IMG/VR virus record: IMGVR_UViG_3300025161_000004
Location: 62,001 to 126,000 of that record
Direction: 5' to 3' (one strand)
DNA: 64,000 bases
A model generated the notes under the pieces. It was not told the origin of the DNA, did not search any database, and saw only the letters and a program-made list of their open reading frames with translations. Positions within the stretch are counted from its first letter, which is position 1; each line of letters opens with the position of its first letter. Shown here in pieces: positions 59,115 to 64,000 of this stretch. Position numbers and translations under genes: made by a program.

Positions 59115-60164
59115 TTAATCGAAAGTTATATCACTTAAATCTCTATCCGTATCATATTTATTCTCACCATCAATAAATTTTTTTGTGTAAGATTTTTTTG
59201 TTTTTCTTGCAATCTCATTAAGTTTTGAATCAAAATTACCATCGTGCCAAACCAATGAATTAGGCATTCTATATACTTTCACACCAAAGGTTTTAATATG
59301 TTGAACTATTGTATCCCAAAAAAACGTACTGGTATATGTTGCAATTTTTTTTATTCCTATATCAACATAGTGATCAAAAAATTTTAAAAATCTATTATCG
59401 AATAATGTTCCACCATCAATAGCAATTGATTGACCATCATACCACCAATCAGGTTGAGGTTTGTCCTTTAAATACCCATATATGTGATAACTAAATACCA
59501 TATATGAATTATCCATTTCTTTCACTCTGAAAAACTCATCCATTAAAATATTCAAAAAATTATCACATAAAATAAAATCATCATCAATCTGTAAAAACCC
59601 ATGACACTTATACTGTTTACCAACACTCCAAAGTTTATTTACTGTTTTCCAATAATTTTTTTTTCCACCATTAATATCATTTTTTAAATAAATAATATCT
59701 GGAAATTCGATTTGTAAATTATCATATCTAATATCATTAGAGCCGTCATTAATTAAACAAAATTTAAACGTATACTTAGTTTTTTGAGTAAAAAGTTGTT
59801 TTAATATTCTTCTAATTTTATTATATCTATTGTATGATGCAACACAAATTACTACATCGTAATCTACATCTTTTTCTTTTACGTAATATCCATAATCTCT
59901 TAACGTTACAGGTACATCAGATACAATGTTTACTTTTGCCGTATTTTGTTTATTAGAAGCTAAATTTCCAATTCTCTGACTTAATCTAGGATGTGTATTT
60001 TGTCTTATTTTATCTTCAATTTTAACTGATTTTGGTGGTTCATTTCTCATCTTTTTTTCAAAATAATTATCGACATGTGTTTTGCCTATAATGATTTTCT
60101 TTTTATCATTAGTTAATTCGATCTTACGTTTTATCACCCTCTTAATATCCAGTTTTTTTGCCAT
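59115..60164 (-). CDS. GT2-like glycosyltransferase with basic N-terminal extension
   Basis: 'SYNR', 'INDGS', 'QIDDD', 'SLVWH'. Confidence 0.75.
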   Translation of the reverse strand: MAKKLDIKRVIKRKIELTNDKKKIIIGKTHVDNYFEKKMRNEPPKSVKIEDKIRQNTHPRLSQRIGNLASNKQNTAKVNIVSDVPVTLRDYGYYVKEKDVDYDVVICVASYNRYNKIRRILKQLFTQKTKYTFKFCLINDGSNDIRYDNLQIEFPDIIYLKNDINGGKKNYWKTVNKLWSVGKQYKCHGFLQIDDDFILCDNFLNILMDEFFRVKEMDNSYMVFSYHIYGYLKDKPQPDWWYDGQSIAIDGGTLFDNRFLKFFDHYVDIGIKKIATYTSTFFWDTIVQHIKTFGVKVYRMPNSLVWHDGNFDSKLNEIARKTKKSYTKKFIDGENKYDTDRDLSDITFD

Positions 60165-60805
60165 TATAATCCTAAATTATGTTTTCTAATTATAGTAAGA
60201 ATAGCATCCTTCTCACTATTTGTGTTTGAGGTGATTCCTTCATCTAAATAGTAAGCAAAAAAGAATACATCAGGTAAAAAAATACCCTCAATACCATTTC
60301 TTAACATAGTTAAAAAAATGTCCCAATCCTGAAGGCGTTTTAGATTTTCATCAAACATTGGAAATACATCTCGTCTAATCAATGACATCGTAGAAATATA
60401 GTTTCCTTGCTTTAATCGATTACCATTAAATGGCATTGAGGGTATGCAAAAATTACCTTTCATCGGATGAGTATCTGGATGTAACACAATCCCATAATAT
60501 CCACAATAAGCATAACCCTTATCTTGATTATTTTTTAATTTATTCAACATTAAAGACAACATATTTTTAGGCATAACAATATCATCATCACAAAAAAATA
60601 CAAATGGTTGTGTGGATTTTTTAAATCCATCATTTCTTTTTTTTGGTGCACTACCTTCATTATCATTTATAATAATTTCTTTAGGGTTATTTGCTTCTAT
60701 CATAGGTAATACAAATTCATCAAAAAATTTTCTTCTTTTAGGTGATAGTGGAACTATTACTGAAATAGGTAATCCATCTTCTACTTTATCAATGAAAATA
60801 GCCAT
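60164..60805 (-). CDS. GT2-family glycosyltransferase
   Basis: 'ISVIVP', 'RNDG', 'FCDDD', 'FDENLKRLQDWD'. Confidence 0.8.
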   Translation of the reverse strand: MAIFIDKVEDGLPISVIVPLSPKRRKFFDEFVLPMIEANNPKEIIINDNEGSAPKKRNDGFKKSTQPFVFFCDDDIVMPKNMLSLMLNKLKNNQDKGYAYCGYYGIVLHPDTHPMKGNFCIPSMPFNGNRLKQGNYISTMSLIRRDVFPMFDENLKRLQDWDIFLTMLRNGIEGIFLPDVFFFAYYLDEGITSNTNSEKDAILTIIRKHNLGL

Positions 60806-61216
60806 CTATAATTCTATGTTAATATTTACACAATTATTATTTTCTATCAAATAAATAATATCATCAGGTATCGTATTATTTTCTATAATAAAATAATTTG
60901 GCACTATCCTTATTACTAAACTCTGATAATATTTATCAGACAAATTATTTGTAACAAAATCAATTAACTTAGGACTAACCAACACATTTACATCATATCG
61001 TATTACTTCACCATCAATACTTTTAATTGATAGTCCTTGTTCTTTTAATGTTATACTTGATAATTCATTTAATGCATTTATTATTGTAGATAAAAATAAA
61101 TAATCATTATCATCATCTTCTATAAAATTATTAAAAAATATACTACTAAACTTCTGTTTACATTTTAAAGTTTTATGGAGAACAAAATCATCAATATCAA
61201 TCTTTTCTTCTATCAT
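60806..61216 (-). CDS. Hypothetical protein (136 aa)
   Basis: ORF abutting the GT2 gene. Confidence 0.6.
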   Translation of the reverse strand: MIEEKIDIDDFVLHKTLKCKQKFSSIFFNNFIEDDDNDYLFLSTIINALNELSSITLKEQGLSIKSIDGEVIRYDVNVLVSPKLIDFVTNNLSDKYYQSLVIRIVPNYFIIENNTIPDDIIYLIENNNCVNINIEL

Positions 61217-61440
61217 TACAATATCTTATTACAAAATTTCATATTTACCTTACTCTTATTTCTAAATTTAAATTTTAAGTAATATATTTTTTTCTATTAA
61301 TAAAAAAATATTATTATTTCAGTTACTACCAATTTCATTATCGACGATTAAAAATTATATATGTTAAACATCAATAATTCCAATAATTAGTCCCACTTTC
61401 CATTTTAATTTAATAATATTTAAAATAATATATTTATCAT

Positions 61441-62157
61441 TTATATTTTTACAGGTAATTCATCAGCATATTGTGTTACAAATTGTTGTCTATTTTGTTC
61501 CCACTGTTGATTGGTTATGCCAATAGAATGGTGCGTTATTCTTATATCAGTAATAACACCAATATTACACCCATCAAGATAATTAGGAAAACAAAATGAT
61601 AAATCATAAAAATGAAATCCTCTATAGGTTTCATCAAATGGGTGTTCAATATCTTCAGGGTCTACTGCCATGAATAACCCATCGATTACAACTACTGGTT
61701 TTACTCCAAAATGTGGATTACTGTATTTACTTTCCCACTTACGAACACCATTATCATGATTTACTATTCCAATCATTTTAGAAAAATTCATATTTTTACC
61801 TGTTGCATCTAACCACCAACAACCATGAGAATTTAACTCGGTTGTACCTGCAACACCAATAATTTGGTAATTATTGTTTCGTCTATTAAAATGGTTTAAT
61901 AAAATTTTACCCCAATCTTTAGTATCAAACTCAATATCATTATGGCAGAACACAAAAACAGCATCTTTCTTATCTAATTCATTTAGGGCTTTGTTATAAA
62001 CTTCAGTTAATGAATATTGGTTATAGTTTTCATATGGGTGAATACTGAATTCAAAACTATTAGATATACCAATGGTTTTATATATGTGATCATTGAACTT
62101 ATTATTAAATGCTTGTCCAAGATGAGAGCTATAAATCACACGGATTATGGATTTCAT
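61441..62157 (-). CDS. Glycosyltransferase-like (GT-A) protein
   Basis: 'YN.A....VFCHNDI', 'IIGVAG', 'IDGLFMA', 'FHFYDL', 'H.S.G'. Confidence 0.75.
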   Translation of the reverse strand: MKSIIRVIYSSHLGQAFNNKFNDHIYKTIGISNSFEFSIHPYENYNQYSLTEVYNKALNELDKKDAVFVFCHNDIEFDTKDWGKILLNHFNRRNNNYQIIGVAGTTELNSHGCWWLDATGKNMNFSKMIGIVNHDNGVRKWESKYSNPHFGVKPVVVIDGLFMAVDPEDIEHPFDETYRGFHFYDLSFCFPNYLDGCNIGVITDIRITHHSIGITNQQWEQNRQQFVTQYADELPVKI

Positions 62158-62199
62158 ACAAAAATCAAAAATAATAGAAAATTTGATTCTTGTAAAGTG

Positions 62200-62514
62200 T
62201 TATTGATTTCTTATTTTTTGTAGACCGCTCTCATATACTGATTTAACTCTTTCCAATGGAAAGGGAATACGTATTAAAGTACCATCAGGGATATCAAATT
62301 CAGATAAATATTCAGGATTCGCAAATAGTATAAAAAAATCATAAAATGGATCATTATAATATTTTTGTGATAATTTATCCATTCTACTTCTACCTTCATT
62401 CCAAATTTCATATTTATCTGTACTGGCTATTGGTATCTTTACAAATGGTAATTGATCTATATCACCATTTTCATTAATGAAAATCTCGTATCTATTATAT
62501 GTATTTCTTATCAT
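62200..62514 (-). CDS. Baseplate gp53 / LysM-like tail protein
   Basis: 'RMDKLSQKYYNDP....IL.ANP......IPDG..IRIP'. Confidence 0.75.
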   Translation of the reverse strand: MIRNTYNRYEIFINENGDIDQLPFVKIPIASTDKYEIWNEGRSRMDKLSQKYYNDPFYDFFILFANPEYLSEFDIPDGTLIRIPFPLERVKSVYESGLQKIRNQ

Positions 62515-62526
62515 AAATTAATTTAT

Positions 62527-63999
62527 TTAAAAACTAATATTTTTAGGATCATCAGTTCCATACTGTAAATCCTCATATTTTTTAGGTAATGCGTAAACAC
62601 CTTTATCATAATATGTAGAATTTGCATAATAGTTAAATCCTATAGCATTTTGAAGTGCATCGATAGGTCCTCTTAATGACTGACCACCTATTACCTTCAT
62701 AGACATTGAAATATCACAAATCATATACTGCATTCCCATTCCCTCAGGATTCGTATCCCAAGGTGCATCACTATAGTTAAAATTAATACTTTCTATAATT
62801 ACTTTAGTATGAAAAAAGTCACCAATACGTAATATACATACTGGTTGACGACCAAATACAGAATTCTTACTACTTAATTGTTCACCATTAGAACTTATCA
62901 TTCTCATGGCTGCGCCTTGGCGTACACATTGCTGTAAAAATGTTAATCTTTTATGAAAATCTTCTGGTGTTTGAGAATAAAAAACTGGTACAAATTTATT
63001 TTCACGTATATAATTAAACCCCCTAACTTTACCATCTTCAATTGTAAATGGATTAAATATACAATTTGATGGGTAGTTTTGTTCTGCTTTTATTCTAGAT
63101 ATTTCCTTATCCAAAGAATCTTTTGCTTCGATTAAATTATCAATTTCTTCTTGATTTATATTCGTTTGATTTTCGATAGTTTGTTGTTCTGTAACACCTT
63201 TGTTTCTAAATATAATTCTCACATATCTCGATTTTTTTGATTCAGGAAGATTTATACTGTCAGCAGATCTTGTACTTTCAGGTGCTAAAATACTACTATT
63301 AGGTACAATCGTAACAGTAGCACCTAGTTCTTCCATAGTTTTACCATTATTAGCTTCTTTGAATTTTTGTTCAAAGAAATTTTTTACAGCAATAGCTCTT
63401 CTTTCACTTAACTCTTTGTTATAATCAAATTCTTTTGATCTATCAATATACAACTTTGATGCATTACCTTCAAATATAATTTCAAGTGAAGCAATAGTAT
63501 CATCATCCTTTATGGATTGAATTCTATTATTAATTAATTCAACAAAATTACTATTCAAATTATCATTATTAGTGGCATATATATTTGTTGATTGATTACC
63601 TGTCTCATAATTAGCATCAATAATATCATTTTGTATTGTGGTATTTAGATTTGCATCTATTTTAGGTATGTCATTTGGGAAAAATATATTTATATCACTA
63701 TAATTAAAATCCTTATAATTTCTAATTACAGTTTTTTCTCTTAAAGTTTCAATTTGTTTAACTATATCATCTCTCTTTTTTACTTTATCTGATAAATTAT
63801 ATGTTTCTTTAGGTGTAGCTTCACCACCAAAAGCAAAAAAATCTGCAAATTCTTTATTTGTTGTAAATCCTTTTATTTGGGGTGGATAATCTATAATTAA
63901 CTTAAATGATAGAGTTGCAGATCTTTCAGAAAAACCATAAGTATACATTGGTTCATTTCTACCAATGAAATTTACTTGTTCCCACTTAGCAGTTGCTTG
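62527..63999 (-). CDS. Partial (starts beyond right edge) baseplate/tube-initiator-like protein with an inserted OmpA-like domain
   Basis: Frame is open upstream of 63948 ('W.QVNFIGRNEPMYTY...ER'); OmpA-like 'G.AS......N.ELSERRA.AV....R.V'; C-terminal 'P.CILRIGDFFHTK.II.S....Y...PWD.NPEG.G'. Confidence 0.7.
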   Translation of the reverse strand, partial: QATAKWEQVNFIGRNEPMYTYGFSERSATLSFKLIIDYPPQIKGFTTNKEFADFFAFGGEATPKETYNLSDKVKKRDDIVKQIETLREKTVIRNYKDFNYSDINIFFPNDIPKIDANLNTTIQNDIIDANYETGNQSTNIYATNNDNLNSNFVELINNRIQSIKDDDTIASLEIIFEGNASKLYIDRSKEFDYNKELSERRAIAVKNFFEQKFKEANNGKTMEELGATVTIVPNSSILAPESTRSADSINLPESKKSRYVRIIFRNKGVTEQQTIENQTNINQEEIDNLIEAKDSLDKEISRIKAEQNYPSNCIFNPFTIEDGKVRGFNYIRENKFVPVFYSQTPEDFHKRLTFLQQCVRQGAAMRMISSNGEQLSSKNSVFGRQPVCILRIGDFFHTKVIIESINFNYSDAPWDTNPEGMGMQYMICDISMSMKVIGGQSLRGPIDALQNAIGFNYYANSTYYDKGVYALPKKYEDLQYGTDDPKNISF

Positions 64000-64000
64000 T

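Noticed and set aside
61217-61440. AT-rich gap as replication origin or RNA gene
   Set aside because: I could not identify iterons, a stable hairpin or a conserved motif, so there is insufficient support.
52132-62157. Bacterial LPS/capsule operon (host contamination or cellular origin)
   Set aside because: It is contiguous and co-oriented with phage baseplate and replication genes, has similar AT-rich composition, and lacks transport or polymerase membrane proteins.
1-64000. Stop-codon reassignment as seen in some large phages
   Set aside because: Genes are full length and densely packed in the standard code; TAG (3577) and TGA (15818) terminate genes at sensible positions.

Overview
This is a 64 kb, very AT-rich segment of a large (jumbo-type) myovirus-like phage genome. 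Essentially all real genes lie on the minus strand and use the standard genetic code. TAnnTTTG promoters and A/T-rich leaders without Shine-Dalgarno sites point to a Bacteroidota host (inference). From left to right the window contains: (1) baseplate genes (gp6-like, gp25-like); (2) a tRNA end-healing set: HAD phosphatase, 2H phosphoesterase and a 999-aa kinase-like/ART-like/CCA-adding polyprotein; (3) WYL and NUDIX genes; (4) a family B DNA polymerase and an intein-containing SNF2-type helicase; (5) about 12 kb of paralogous, modular fibre/virion genes; (6) an AAA ATPase split at an A9 tract; (7) an RNA ligase, an ARPP/DUF6569-like gene and a TROVE/Ro60-like vWA gene, preceded by a separately transcribed non-coding RNA cluster; (8) the T4-like replication core (helicase, RNase H/FEN, UvsX/RecA, gp32-like SSB); (9) a 10 kb glycosyltransferase/methyltransferase island; (10) more baseplate genes. 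The standout is the ncRNA cluster at 40.6-41.25 kb. It holds three copies of a structured motif, GGARAACT-N11-CAGTAA, each with its own complementary partner strand. Two copies form free-standing Y-RNA-like stems. The third is circularly permuted and replaces the anticodon arm of a 136-nt tRNA-shaped RNA. A tRNA-Met(CAT) lies among them, directly upstream of the Ro60-like gene. Together this is a candidate undescribed phage Ro60/Y-RNA-type RNA repair or decoy system. All family assignments come from motif recognition, not from database searches.
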